Shown here one piece after another: positions 25,590-38,700 of a DNA stretch of 64,000 nt (position 1 is the first letter of the stretch; each line of letters starts with the position of its first letter). The stretch comes from Lingula anatina (taxonomy: Eukaryota > Animalia > Brachiopoda), in contig CM120643.1 of assembly GCA_051362555.1 (NCBI GenBank), positions 930,001 through 994,000 of the forward strand, read 5' to 3'. Both the position numbers and the translations under genes were made by a program. A model generated the notes under the pieces. The model had not been told where the DNA came from and made no database searches. It saw only the letters and a list, made by a program, of their open reading frames with translations.

Positions 25590-27250
25590 AATTGCCAGAA
25601 GATTATTGTGTCAAATGGAATGGTCTACACAGTTTTATAGAGTAATGCCCAGACTGATGTACCTACACAGAGACCACGCCCAGTGCATCGACGTCTTACC
25701 ACCAGGGTACAGGACTCACTGTCTTTCAGGATGTGCTACTGCAATTAAACCAAAGCCACCCAGTCCATTTTGAATGAGGGGCAAATTGTCACCAAAACGC
25801 ATTTTTCAAGGCTCTTAGCGAACACCAAACTGGTTTCAGTAGCTTAAGATACCAGGTGACCTCTGAGGAACCCACTGTAAACAGCAAAGCAGCGTAGTCT
25901 GTTTCTCTAATGAATTGGGGACCATTACCGTTTCTGGGTTGAACACTGATACCGCGTGTCTTTCTTTATTGGGGTCAGACTTCACTGTTCCGCTAAACTG
26001 GTCAAAACCTTTTAAGAGTTTACAGGCAGCCTGAAGAGGCCTACGACGAAGAGTGTGCCACTTCTTAAGCTACTCTTACAACCGGTCGTGCGTGCTTCTA
26101 CGAGCGGTTTGCGTGCAAAAAATTGGCCAAGTAGTAAGATACACGCACATGGAACGTACTTTTTTGGTGGACGCAAACACGACGCAAAGCACGCAGCCCG
26201 AAAACTGGCCGGCCAGTTTTTCGCTACGACCTGTCTGCGACAATTATAACGCCTGGAGCACGCTCGTAGCACGCAAGACCAAAGTACTGAGTAAGTACGC
26301 TAGGCGTGCGTGTAACGCAGGAAAAGCATGCAGAAATTCCGGGGTATTTTACCACTAAGACGTACTTACCACGCAAGAGACTCGTACGTTCAGCTTGCTT
26401 TCAATGTACGTGTTAACAAAAAGGGGGGTGAGCGCATTTCCTCCGTGCGTTTATCTTACTTCCAAAGTGCGTGGCGAGTACTACTACCATACTTGTGAAG
26501 TGCGTCACACTAAGACGACGCACCTGCCCAGCACGATAAAAGTGCAGGCGATCCCGAGCAACCAATGCAAGCATTCACGATCTTCGGCCTCCTTTAGCAT
26601 TAGCAGCTGTAGAAGTCGATGGCGCATCCTTCTTGGAAGTGCCATTTTGGAAGCCAAAGCAGTGAATGATGAAGAGACTCGGTGCTCCCTTTTATATTAT
26701 TTTGATTATCCGTGCGTTCCACTTCCGTGCTTATTACGTTTCTCTTACTTCGTAAGTACGATTTCTGAAAACGTACGCTTCACTTGAAATACACGTACGA
26801 TTATCTCACTCACTGTGTGCGACACAAGTACAGACCGTACGTGCTCCTTACTTCTTCCTACTTCCAAAAAAAAGGCGTACAGACCACTTGCGGGCCCCAC
26901 GTTTAGAGCACGACACACCTACTCATAAAGTAGTTACTACTTCGTCCGCTGCGATTTAATTTTCATCCTACGACAACGCTACGTCTGACAAGAACTCCGA
27001 GGACGCACGATCTCTAAGCACGCACGACGGGTTGTAAGAGAGGCTTTAAGTGACTAGGTCATTGAGAGTGTCAGTATTTTGAGTTGATACCACATTGGTG
27101 CCAAAACACCAATGGTAGTCATCGATGAAAACCTGAACCAGATCAAATAAAGGAATAATCTTGGAACCACTTGACTATCATTTGATAAGCACAATTTTAG
27201 GTTGCACGATGAGATTGTCGGTTCACACAGAGCACTTCTAATAGCAGATA
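25590..27250. repeat. Dispersed repeat of unknown class, copy A (interrupted by a MITE); copy B at 29150-29835
   Basis: gcccagactgatgtaccta, gaggaacccactgtaaacagcaaa, gaagaggcctacgacgaag and cagatcaaataa are shared colinearly with 29150-29835. Confidence 0.8.
26068..27045. mobile_element. PIF/Harbinger-type non-autonomous element
   Basis: TTA TSD; ~30-bp TIR agctactcttacaaccggtcgtgcgtgctt / aagcacgcacgacgggttgtaagagaggct; absent from the paralogous site at ~29650. Confidence 0.8.
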
Positions 27251-28027
27251 ACTTACTGAACCAAGAGAATGAGCAGCTACCTTGGTCATCAAAATCGCCA
27301 TAATTGAACCACATAGACAATACGTTGGTAGGTCATTACTCGCCGAATCAACGGCCACGCGGAATCAACTGAGCCAAACTGGACAGGCTTTAACCGTTGC
27401 CTGGAATTTTATTTCAGATTAAACTTTAAAAACCTATCATAAGTAATACCTTGCGGCTTGAAACCTCTGGTAACAGCAAGATGAGGTCAAGCGTAACAGC
27501 GACAGTTGCTGTGACTAGACACTGACGTGGGGAGCCTTTGTGGGACGTGTACATGTAACTCTTTTAAAGAAAATAATTAGAGAATATAGAGATCCAAAAT
27601 ATCGCTTTCAATGGTTGTTGTATGACTTAAAATAGGCAATGTATTTTTGTATGCTTCACTGGCGAATTCAATAAATGAACTGATGTCACAATGACATCGA
27701 ATAGATTATCAAAAGTTATTAAAACACGATTTTAATCATTATTTCCATTTATCAGTCAGCAAAATAGGAAAAATACTGATGAATTATCTACAACTATATA
27801 ATGTCTGACGAGAACGAAGAGAGTATTTTCTCACTGGCTAGATTTTTATTAAACGCCTTTACTCTAAGAAGTGAAATTGTAGATAACAGTTAACCTTCCA
27901 GATATGTAAATGAGATACCTGTATATGTATGGTGTATTCATAATTTATTTCTGTATGTAAAGCCTTGATTGTATATGTCTTGTGTGTCTATACAGATTGT
28001 AATGTATTGTTGGCCAGAGGCCTTAAA

Positions 28028-28560
28028 CTACAAAGAAAAAACCATCATCATCGTACACTGCTTGATAACACTGTCTTTTATTTTCTCCATGAGATCTTCC
28101 ATCATGTTTTCTACTATCTCTTGCAGTTCATTTTTCTTTACCAGCTTTTCTACTACCTTTTCCAAGTCCTGTTTTGTGAGAGAGGTTTTAAGAGCATCTT
28201 TTATTTCTTTTATATCTGATTGTATTACTGCCCCCTCCAGGCTCTCATTAGCCACATCTGAATGTTTCCTTTTTTCACGCTTGGCTGCCTTCTCCTGTAT
28301 ACTGTTTGGGTAATTAGTGGCTGAAAGTTTTCTTCTGTGAACCCCAAGGCATGTTGACTACTGAGTACAAGTTGCTAAATATTTGAACCTCAACTTCAGA
28401 ACTATACTTTTCTAGTTGTTTCCCTTTCAAACAATTTGAGTTTAAGTTCTAAGGCTTACCATTTTTGTCTTTATGCCTTCATAGATGTATTATTAAGTTT
28501 TAAAGCTCTCTAACTCTCACATCACCAGTCTTCATGCTACTGCTTCATGTCGGCCATCTT
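28028..28560 (-). mobile_element. Possible 5' fragment of a LINE (coiled-coil ORF1 start)
   Basis: Starts with AAGATGGCCG on the minus strand; heptad-rich truncated ORF IKEIKDALKTSLTKQDLEKVVEKLV. Confidence 0.4.
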
Positions 28561-28637
28561 GAGTTACTTGAGAACTATGAGACTAAAAACTAATTTCATC
28601 TTATCTTTAACTTTTAGGTTATCAACATATCGTTGTT

Positions 28638-28713
<76 letters not shown>
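28638..28713. repeat. Compound (CA)n(TA)n microsatellite
   Basis: Direct reading. Confidence 0.95.
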
Positions 28714-28717
<4 letters not shown>

Positions 28718-29149
28718 TGCATCGTATAATTTCGTAAAGCATGCATAGGGCATGCCCTCGCATGTCTTGAATTTTGCTTGCATGAATGGCAATGATTGGC
28801 CACTTATTTCCCTTTTTTTTAATTGGCACCATATGTTCCAAATTACAAAATACCACAGTTGTCACCTTACTACAGCTATGGAAATGAAGCAATGTAATGT
28901 ATTTCAGATCTCCCCCAAAACACACATTTTCATGAATATTTGACAAGGTCATTTTGAAATTAATTTTTTTGATATTTCAAAATTAAAAAAAAAAAAATAC
29001 AGTGGATCATAAAATTGTAAGACCTTAACTTTAATTTGGTATCATTTTTTCATTCATTCAAAATTTATTTTTATGTACAAAGGATAACACTTTAACCCTC
29101 TTATCAGTGCTCATCCTTTGCTAATCTATGGAAGAATGGCGAGAAAAGA

Positions 29150-29835
29150 CATTGCCAGACAGATTATCGTGTCACATGGAGCGGTCCGCACAGTTTTATA
29201 CAGTTATGCCCAGACTGATGTACCTACCACACCCAATGTATCGAAATCTTACCGTCAGGGTACTAGACCCACTGTCTTTCTGGATATGCTGCTGCAGTTA
29301 AATAAAAACCACCAAGTCCGTTCAGAATGACAGTGGATCCTGTCTTTCGGGATATGCTGCTGCAACTAAACAAAAAACACCCGGTCCGTTCAGAATGAGG
29401 GTAAAACTGCCGAACACTAAACTGGTTTTAGCAGGTTAGAATACCAAACGACCTCCGAGGAACCCACTGTAAACAGCAAAACAGCGTCATCTGTTTGTCT
29501 AATGAATTAGGGAACATGACCGTATCTGGGTAAAACACTGAAACCGCGCGGCCTTCTTCGTTGAGGTCAGATTTCGCCTGTACCGCTCAACTTGTCAAAA
29601 CAGAGTTTACAGACATCCAGAAGAGGCCTACGACGAAGCGTGTGCCGCGTTTGAAGTGACTAAGGGTCATTGACAGCGTCAGTATTTGGAGTGGTAGTCA
29701 TCGAAGAAATCCTGAAACAGATCAAATAACGGAATAATCTGGGGACCATTTGACTTTCATTTGATAGGAGGCACCTTAGGAACAATTTTAGGGTGCACGG
29801 TGAGTGCCGGTTCACACAGATCATTTTTAACAGCG
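29150..29835. repeat. Dispersed repeat, copy B (uninterrupted paralog of 25590-27250)
   Basis: Colinear similarity; includes a small internal duplication ctgtctttc..gttcagaatga. Confidence 0.8.
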
Positions 29836-30831
29836 GACAACCCAGCAGGCATAGTGAAGTTGGATGAACGTTGTATTTTGGTCATTGACTCAACGTTGTT
29901 GTTTGGTCGTCGTGATGCAAGACATGGATTGTAATTTAAAATATTAATTATTGAAAACGTGATGCTTTGTTTATCAATACTGTAACTAACTTTATCAAAA
30001 TATTTAAAAAATAAAGTGTTTTAAAGTAATTATTTTACAGGTAGTTTTTGCCACAATATCGCTATTATGACTTCATATGTAAGACGACGTGTGTAAGCAC
30101 TGAGGGTTTATCTATTACCCAAAAGAATGTATGTAAGCAACAAAGGAGTTTTGGGCGAAGGGTGACAATATCCTTCACAGGAGCTGCACTGTATTCAACG
30201 GCACAGGGTAAACTATTTACCAACACACTACAACACCAAATTTAACGAAATACGCTCCATTGCCCAATTTCTAAAGAAGTTTGCCTTGTAAATTCTAGCT
30301 CGAATCCAAGACTTGTTTGACGTCATCTGCTGCGCAAATCGTAAAATTGGCTGCGACGGTTGGTCTCCAATGTTGGAGCGAAATTCATCACAGATTGGTA
30401 AATTGCAATTAAAATAATCTGATCAATGCATAAAATTTTAACATAAGTACAGAATAATTATTCAAAATTATTTTACATTGTTCACGAAACAATTCAACAA
30501 CATATGTTTTGCTTTTGCATGTTCAAAGGAAGCAGCAGGTATTAAACTAAGTGGCTATCAAAACGAAGAACTGGTTATCATTGAGTTGCCAGCCAAGCAT
30601 AATTCCCCTTAACCATAGACACTCGTCTATTAGCCATATATTGCGTTATTTAAAGCACTCCGGAACACCTATTAAAGCTCACCCAAGAAAATGAGCTTTT
30701 TCAGTGCTGTGCCAGCGATATCAGAACTATACCAACATTTATGTGGTATTTGGTTTCAAAATTTGTTTCACGCAAGAAATATTCAGGATTCACTGATATC
30801 CCAGTTTATAGTTTACTTGCGGCAGTTGATG

Positions 30832-31305
30832 TTATACTGGTTCATATCCTTTTTTCAATGTTGGCTTGGCAAGTATACTACTAACGTATGCTTCCAACTC
30901 TCTCTTTATCTGATTCTGATTAAGTCGCTCTTCAGGCTGACGTTGGGTGCACTTCTGGATAATCGCCCACCACTTGGTCTCCAACCCCTGGGCGTTGGCA
31001 CCGTGAACATCGCTGAGTGCTGAGAGCACCGCCTCTCCTGTTCGGAGACGGTTAGTGAACTCTTCTACGGTGACGTCACTGGCATCATCGTAGACTTGCT
31101 GACCGTTCCACAGCTCCCACATTATCAAACCAAAACCATAGATGTCGCCTTCGTGTGTGTACACCCCGCCTTGGAGGACCTCTAGCGGCAAATATCTGCA
31201 GGCACCGAGGGGCTGTAGGCGTCCAGCTGATGGGATATTCGCCGGTCTTGGACACCCAATGTTAAAGAGTTGAATGTGTCCATGTTTCTCCGGCGGCTGA
31301 TCCAC
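30832..31305 (-). CDS. Dynamin-like/pseudokinase gene, terminal exon (kinase C-lobe)
   Basis: Acceptor tgtAG, phase 0; IQLFNIG (DFG site), YLPLE (APE site), EGDIYGFGLIMWELW, CTQRQPEERL. Confidence 0.85.
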   Translation of the reverse strand: MDQPPEKHGHIQLFNIGCPRPANIPSAGRLQPLGACRYLPLEVLQGGVYTHEGDIYGFGLIMWELWNGQQVYDDASDVTVEEFTNRLRTGEAVLSALSDVHGANAQGLETKWWAIIQKCTQRQPEERLNQNQIKRELEAYVSSILAKPTLKKGYEPV

Positions 31306-31553
31306 CTACATGTATAAAAAACCTTATTATTGTTCCTGGTTTGCAGACAAAGGGTATATAAAATTGTTCATAGTAAAATATAACAGCAAAAACAGTATAT
31401 GTCCATATGTCTGGTTTCCAATCGAGATCCCATATATTATGTCATATGACAACTCTAAATTGACATCGAAAACAAATACCCATGGTAGTTTAAGACTTCT
31501 GTGGGGAATCCCAGCAGTAACAATATATGCATCATTTTTACCTCCATACTCAC

Positions 31554-31693
31554 CATAACCGTGTCCATGGACAACTCCATATGAACAAAACCCTTTTGGT
31601 GAAGCCACTCCAACGCGTCTATCAGCTGCTGGAGAAGGGGGATCAAACTGACGAATAACCGCCACTTGCAATCCTCTATTGATGAGACAAGGC
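31554..31693 (-). CDS. Dynamin-like/pseudokinase gene, exon (alphaE and catalytic loop)
   Basis: aaatAG acceptor phase 1, ATG|GTGAG donor phase 0; QLIDALEWLHQKGFVHMELSMDTVM. Confidence 0.85.
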
Positions 31694-34003
31694 CTATTTC
31701 ACAGGAAAAAAGTAGGTGTAGAACCGCATTGCAACCGAATTGCAACCAAACGCATCTCGTAACTGCAGTGCATTTTGAAATCAAAGTAAAACGTCAGCAC
31801 GCACTTTGCAACCGCAATGAATTTAGCCACTATTTTTTTTTCATTTCTAAGTCACTGAAACTGTTTTTAAAACTCATAAGTACCCTAAAGAAATACAGGT
31901 GGAATAGGGATGAGATTATTAGCTCATTGACGCTGTTTCAGGTGGGGCTCGGTGGAGATGGTTGAAACTTTGGGTATTGAAAAGCCTAGCTATCATCAGG
32001 GGATTTGTAGGGTTCTTCGGTAACAGCATGCGCCCGGCTGTCCACGTAGGCAGAAGGCAACTGGCTGGAAAACGTTTTGAAACTTTTCAGTGAGTCCGCG
32101 TCAGGAGGTAATGCCGTTTCGCGACATCTGCGATGACCGACATAAAAACCGTAGATCTACCTTGGAAATTGTAGCTGCACTCAGTCAAAAAAAGGGAATT
32201 CTCCCTTTCTGATTGAATTTACTGAATTCAAACGTAAAACTGAAAGAAAAATGAAATAAATAAATAAATAACAGAACAAAAATTGTAGCGAAAAATACTG
32301 AAAACAAATTAACCCTCATCCACAAGGAAATGGAACCCTACGTAAACCCTGAAACACCGAGTCCGCTCGGCATACAGAAAAAGTGTATATTGCACAGGGT
32401 CTGAAAACTAGGGTCCTACTGTAGAACAGTAGACATTTAGTAAAAGTGCTTTATATTCACACACATAGTAGTATTATAATAAAGCAAACCTTTGATGCAA
32501 GTAAATATAATATAACAAAACGGCAGTGGTTTGCACAACAACCTGGTGGTGTAGTGGAGAGCAACACGGATGAAGAACCTACCATGGAATGAATGTAGCA
32601 GTCTACCAGACATGGCTTGAATCCCCCAATGGATTTGAGTTTCGTGTACCTCCCATATTTTTAATTTTGTTTTCATGAAAAATTTCACCTGCAAACTAAC
32701 AAAGTGTCAATATATCCTCCATTATGCATACTTCAAGATAAAAGTCTCAAATAAAATAACAATGATTGAGTTTTGGGGGAGTGGGGGTCAAAATTTATCT
32801 TGGGGGGGGGGTCTGATTTTCATTATGAAATTTTGACTGGGGAGTCAGATTTTTGTTATGGGGAGTCACCTTTTAGGGGAGACAAATTTTCATGGTACAT
32901 GTTGTAAATAAAGCCGTAATCCTTGAAAATCCATGGTGACAGTGTAGGACATCGCGAGCAACTAGTCATTTTATACCTTGAGAACAATGAAATACGTTCC
33001 TTTTTGGTTGATTCCATTTAAATGTTATTTATTTTATTTGAATGTAATTAAATGAGTATACAATGACACTTTAATAATAAATGAATTCCTTCCGTTTCAA
33101 AACATATTTTGCACAGCTTAATACTGATGCACTGTATAACGCTTGCTGTCAAACACTTGAGTGGTTGTAAGCATCGCTGCATTGTGTATGTCTAGCTTAC
33201 ACATATTTATGAGTGGTAGTCAAATAAGGCAAACGTATAGGGGGGCCTAGTCCAAATGATCACAAGGCAATGGAATATCTGTGAAAAACCTCAAACGAAA
33301 AATAAATTAAATGTAAATAACAGTGTGTATAAAACATTTTACTGCAGAATGACACACAATGAGCTTACAATAAGTTAAATATTTTACTTTTAAGTTAATT
33401 ATAAGAGAAAAATAAGAGTAAGTACCCCCACCCCCACAAAACTCAATAATTGTTATTTTATTTGAGTATAAGATATATTGACACTTTGTTAGTTTGCAGA
33501 TGAACTTTTTCATGAAAACAAAATTAAAAATATGTATTTTACCACCCAATGACTCCCCTATGAAAAAGCTATTAATTTGATATTTAGTGATCATTTCAAC
33601 ATCTTTCCTTTTAGTGTACTTTATGAATAATATATTGGATAAAATATTGGGTGGAAAAATATCACGAAAAATATTCATTTTCATTCATAACTTACGTGAG
33701 TCAAAATGTAAGAAAGTGAAGTGAGCAAAAAGAAATAGGGAGGAGGCCTTATATACGCTGTGGAATGAAAACTGTTCAGTGCAGGGTGTGGTACAGGCAT
33801 GTGACGGTGCGGTTAGGTAAGTGCGGTGGCCTGTAACGTTATAATTAGTAGAGCGAGAGAGAGAGAGAAAATAGAGAAAGAACGGAAAATGTACTTCGCA
33901 TGAATAATAAATAAATAAATAAATAAATAAATAAAAATAAAAAATATCGCAGGCAGTTACAGAAATAAGACTATTAAAATCAAACAAAAACATAGTGCTC
34001 AGT

Positions 34004-34635
34004 CACGCTCGGCTGTCACCTTGATTGGATAGTAAACGATTATCGTAATATCACTAAATGATTTTAAAAACGGGTGCATTAACTTGAAAACCACCTAGAA
34101 CAACCTTAGACTGCCACATTAATCCAATACAATGCAAAAATAAACTATAATAAGTGGTTAAAGCATTCAAGCCGAATGTCGTTAAGTCCCCATATACCTC
34201 CTAGAGACAATAAAATAGAGTAAGCTTGTGAAACAAGATTCCACAAATTTAAACATAATAATCGAAATAAAATACTGCCGGGCATCGTAGCGGCCTAAAA
34301 CTTGGCACGCTTACCGCAAATGCCGCAGGCTTCATCATCCTGTCGCTCGTTTGTTAATTCCGTGCATGGCATATGCACAATCAAACCGTAAATCCAAATT
34401 CCCGCTTTGACGCTTGAGTCGGTCCTCTCTAACCTCCCATTACACCGGGCTTACGAAAAAGAAGCCATGCCATTGGACAGATATTTGTAATGCTACCTCT
34501 GCGGTTTGTGGAGAGGACCGACTCAAGCGTCAAAGCGGGAATTTGGATTTACGGTTTGATTGTGCGTATGATCGTAAAATCATTTAGTGATATTACGACA
34601 ATCGTACTATCCAATCAAGGTGACAGCCGAGAGTG
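34004..34635. mobile_element. Foldback/hAT-like non-autonomous element with long TIRs
   Basis: TSD tgctcagt (8 bp) on both sides; 34004-34066 pairs with 34575-34635 and 34375-34430 pairs with 34511-34565. Confidence 0.75.
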
Positions 34636-35620
34636 TGCTCAGTCATTTTACAGACATGTAGAAAAGCATGTACTCTTACCCTTGGTTTCAAATGGACACG
34701 CAGATGAGCATTACATATGAGTGAAATACAGACACAAAAATAGCACTTTGGAAATAATGAAGCAAAATTGTATCTCGTAGGCGGTGGGACTATAGTGCGA
34801 GAAAAAAAGCTGCCAGCCTGATTTTTTTTGCATATCTAGATATGAGTTAAAATATCATGTTAGGTTTAAATTTTCAGTTGCATAAATGCGTTATCTCTAG
34901 TATAGCTACACTACTCCCGAATTCAACATTCAACGAAAAACTAAAAACATTAAATTACGTCTTTCGATATCTCTCTCAAACAGTGAAATTTCTCAAAATG
35001 TTTCGGTGTTGCTTTGGCCCAGAGTTGACCCGTTGGCAGACTTCGTCGAGTTCTACGTCATTCATTTCTTCTTGCTTAAAGGTCAGTTGCACGCTTAGAG
35101 ACGCGTAGTAAACTCTGCTACCATGTTTTAATTTTTCACCAGGCAATAGAGTACAATTCTTGAATTTCCTCGACGGTTGCGAAATTGACAAATTTCCGAC
35201 CACGACGTCATCTCAGCGCACGCGCTCCGTTCTAAATATCTTCCTGCGCGCAGCCAGTTGCCATATGACTGCCCAGGGTGGATAGGCATAATTTTACTCA
35301 CTGTTATTTTCGATATCTTTTCTTAAGCCATTACAGTGTGTACTTGTTTAAAATATTTTGGGATTAAAAATTCGGTCTGATAATCATAAGTTGCTAAACT
35401 ATTTGGTGCTCTGTAAAATATTTATCGCTTGACTTTGACTATAATTAAAACACACCCTGATGTAGCAGTTTAGAGGCATTGTAGCTACTGTTATGGGGTG
35501 ATCGCGGGCAAGGGCACATTTAACAAATAATGTTGATCTCGTTAGCAATCGTTTTCTTGATAATTTATGTGAACAATACAGAAGGTATACAGCACCAGTT
35601 AATACTCTAACCAAACTGAC

Positions 35621-35754
35621 CTATTTTGCGGTCACACCGTTTTCGCAAGCTCATGATTGTACCACTGAACACCAGGGACGGCAGGCTGGTAGACGGGTCG
35701 TTGAAACTCCCCATTAGTGCAGGGACGTATATCTCCCCGGGTTTTCCCAAAAAT
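35621..35754 (-). CDS. Dynamin-like/pseudokinase gene, small exon (kinase N-lobe/hinge); not in the ORF track
   Basis: ttatttgcAG acceptor phase 2, ATAG|GTCAGT donor phase 1; reads FLGKPGEIYVPALMGSFNDPSTSLPSLVFSGTIMSLRKRCDRKI; phases match both neighbouring exons. Confidence 0.78.
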
Positions 35755-36033
35755 CTGCAAATAACAAAACGTAAAGAACATTATATCATGGATGCCTTTC
35801 CATTTAGAGAAGGAACTACAGTGTAATAAAAAGTAATGACTTAAAAGGGTAAATAAAGGTACTACGACTTGTCGTAGTTATAGTTAGAGTGTGAGCTATT
35901 GCTGATTAAATGTAATGTATTCTGGTATCCCAAATGAACATTTTTATCTATTAATATGTATTCATGGAAATAATGATACTCAGATCGTACAAGAACCATG
36001 GAAAAACATACCCGGCAAACTACTTAATAAACA

Positions 36034-36093
<60 letters not shown>

Positions 36094-36144
36094 CAATGAA
36101 ACAAATAATTAAAGCAAAAGTGGAAGGCCTTTTTGATAAAAACA

Positions 36145-36190
<46 letters not shown>

Positions 36191-36635
36191 CATTTGGATG
36201 ACACTCAAAATAAATGCTTCTCAGAGCGGCAGATCCAACACCACGATTCTACAACACATACCAGTAAACACGTCTTATGTCTTTTTTTTATCTTCGTCTA
36301 CGACACGTCCACACAAAGATGTCATTGCGAATATTCAAAAACTTGCAATGGTGCATCTATATAAACTAGAATAATTTCATTGCCAATAAACTGTTCCAGC
36401 TTTCTTAAATAAAGCTTTTACTTTCTGCAGCGGTTTGAGTACGTGACTTTGACATGTAAAGTTATTACAAAGATCAACCCAAAGCAGTGTAAAATGGTCT
36501 ACTTGCTTCGCTACGGTATTACTGATGAAAACAGGATTCTCACTTTAGCACACATGCTCAGGCACAAACGCACACACAAACAAAAACAAAAACGCACATG
36601 CAAAAAAAAAAAAAAAAAAAAAAACATTTTCTCAC

Positions 36636-37850
36636 CTCAGAGCTGCAATATCATCTAAAGCATCATCCTCCGTAACTTCCAGATATGCCTTGATCATCAC
36701 TTTCGCTCCAGAATCTTTCAGGTGTAATGGGTAGACCTGCGACCAGATCCCGCTTCTAACAATGGAATCAGTTGGTTGGATGGTTGAAAAGCTTTCAACC
36801 CCATATGATTTTCTATCAATGAATTTCAAATAGAATCTCTCCAGGCGATACAAAGTTGATCCCTGGCCAATGCCAAGCGTTTCCACAAGGGGTCTGTAGG
36901 TATCAATTATTTTGTCTCTGGAACGCTGATCGTCCTGAATGCAAGTTAAAAGCTTTTGTGTACCTTCTACTAACTTTGGAATGTGAGTTTTCATGATCTC
37001 TAGTTGGTGATAGGCAACATCAAATCGGCCTTTCACGTACTCCTTGCAGAGGCCTAAATCCAGGAAAGCTTGACATATCTTGTTTGCTTGTTTTGTCAGA
37101 AAACCTGTCGGGTTGGCACGATAGAGATGTACAACTTCGGCCTGTCTCTTGCGGCGTATCCATTTCTTAATACTGGAAAGTCCAAACAGGGCCATCGGAA
37201 TTGCCGAAAAGATTCCAGATACGCAACCAACGGACATAATTACCGGTGCAAACAGATCAATGGCGACTTTTTCTTTTAATGTCACGATCGGCGTCTTGGC
37301 TACGTCATCATCCTTCAATCCTTCCACATCGATTTGAAACTCATCTGTGATATCCTGCAAATTTCCCCTGGGGTATGCATAAGTTTTTTCAATCAGATCA
37401 TCTTCTATCTGCTTCAATTTACTTTCAAGCAGTTGGAAGTACGTGGCAAACTTTTTGAACTGCGCCTCCAGTGCAGTAGCCATGTAGTTCCCCTTTTTCT
37501 CCCAACTTGAAATTATGGACATTAATTTTTTATTAATGGTTTCTTCTATTATCCACTCAAAGTCCTCAAAGAGTAATCCACTTTGGGTGTCAGGCAATTT
37601 CCACTCCGTTAGTGCCTGTTTTACCTCACTTGTACAGAAGTGATCTTTCAAACAAGTTGCCGTAAATTCTATATTATCTGCTAAGTCTTGTGTGAGTTCC
37701 TCCATCTCGGAATCAGCGTTGTCCAGTAAGGTCTGCAGCTTTTGCTCCACCTGGAGATGGATCTTCAACAGGTCTTCCTTAGACAAAGACGCATTGGAGA
37801 CGTACATTTCGGCAGTGGTCATGACTCTGGTCACAAACCGTCTCAACCAG
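36636..37850 (-). CDS. Dynamin-like/pseudokinase gene, large exon (helical stalk, hydrophobic hairpin, kinase N-lobe start)
   Basis: ttttcaAG acceptor phase 2, AG|GTGAG donor phase 2; coiled coils; VAIDLFAPVIMSVGCVSGIFSAIPMALFGL then KKWIRRKR; IVRSGIWSQVY..VMIK. Confidence 0.85.
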
Positions 37851-37854
37851 CTTG

Positions 37855-38597
37855 AAAATGATGATGATAGAATAAGTAAACCATGAAAGGTGGCAGTCCT
37901 CGGGCTGGGATGATGGTAAAATAAGTAAACCATGAAAGGTGACAGTTCACGGGCTGGGATGATGGTATAATAAGTAAACCATGAAAGGTGACAGTTCACG
38001 GGCTGGGATGATGGTAGAATAAGTAAACCATGAAAGGTGACAGTTCACGGGCTGGGATGATGGTTTAATAAGTAAACCATGAAAGGTGACAGTTCACGGG
38101 CTGGGATGATGGTATAATAAGTAAACCATGAAAGGTGACAGTTCACGGGCTGGGATGATGATAGAATAAGTAAACCATGAAAGGTGGCAGTCCTCGGGCT
38201 GGGATGATGGTAAAATAAGTAAACCATGAAAGGTGACAGTTCACGGGCTGGGATGATGGTATAATAAGTAAACCATGAAAGGGGACAGTTCACGGGCTGG
38301 GATGATGGTATAATAAGTAAACCATGAAAGGTGACAGTCCACGGGCTGGAATAATGATAAAATAAGTAAACCATGAAAGGTGACAGTTCACGGGCTGGGA
38401 TGATGTTAGAAAACGTAAACCATGAAAGGTGACAGTTCAAGGGCTGGGATGAGGGTATAATACGTAAACAATGAAAGGTAACAGTTCACGGGTAGGGATG
38501 ATGGATGATTATGTAAACCATGAAAGGTGACAGTTCACAGGTTGGGATGATGGTAGAATACTTAAACCACGAAACGTGACAGTTCACAGGCTGGGAG
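37855..38597. repeat. 49-bp minisatellite, ~15 units, abutting the splice acceptor
   Basis: Unit aataagtaaaccatgaaaggtgacagttcacgggctgggatgatggta(t/g). Confidence 0.95.
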
Positions 38598-38700
38598 TCT
38601 ACTTAGCTTCAGGCTGGAAGAGCAATTAGCCTCAGGCTGGGAGACCACTTAGCCTCAGGCTGGAGGACTGCTTAGCCTCAGGCTTTAAAACCACTTAACC
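38590..38700. repeat. ~21-bp tandem repeat (cttagcctcaggctgggagacca); second block at 39140-39235
   Basis: Direct reading. Confidence 0.8.

Noticed and set aside
31934-32376. Possible TGT..ACA (Ginger-like) element
   Set aside because: Only a partial inverted match and no TSD found
37855-38597. 49-bp array as a CRISPR, or as coding sequence (ORF 38045-38440 and the N-terminus of ORF 36632-37999)
   Set aside because: Units are contiguous with no unique spacers and there are no cas genes; the ORFs are by-products of the repeat, and the exon starts at the acceptor at 37850
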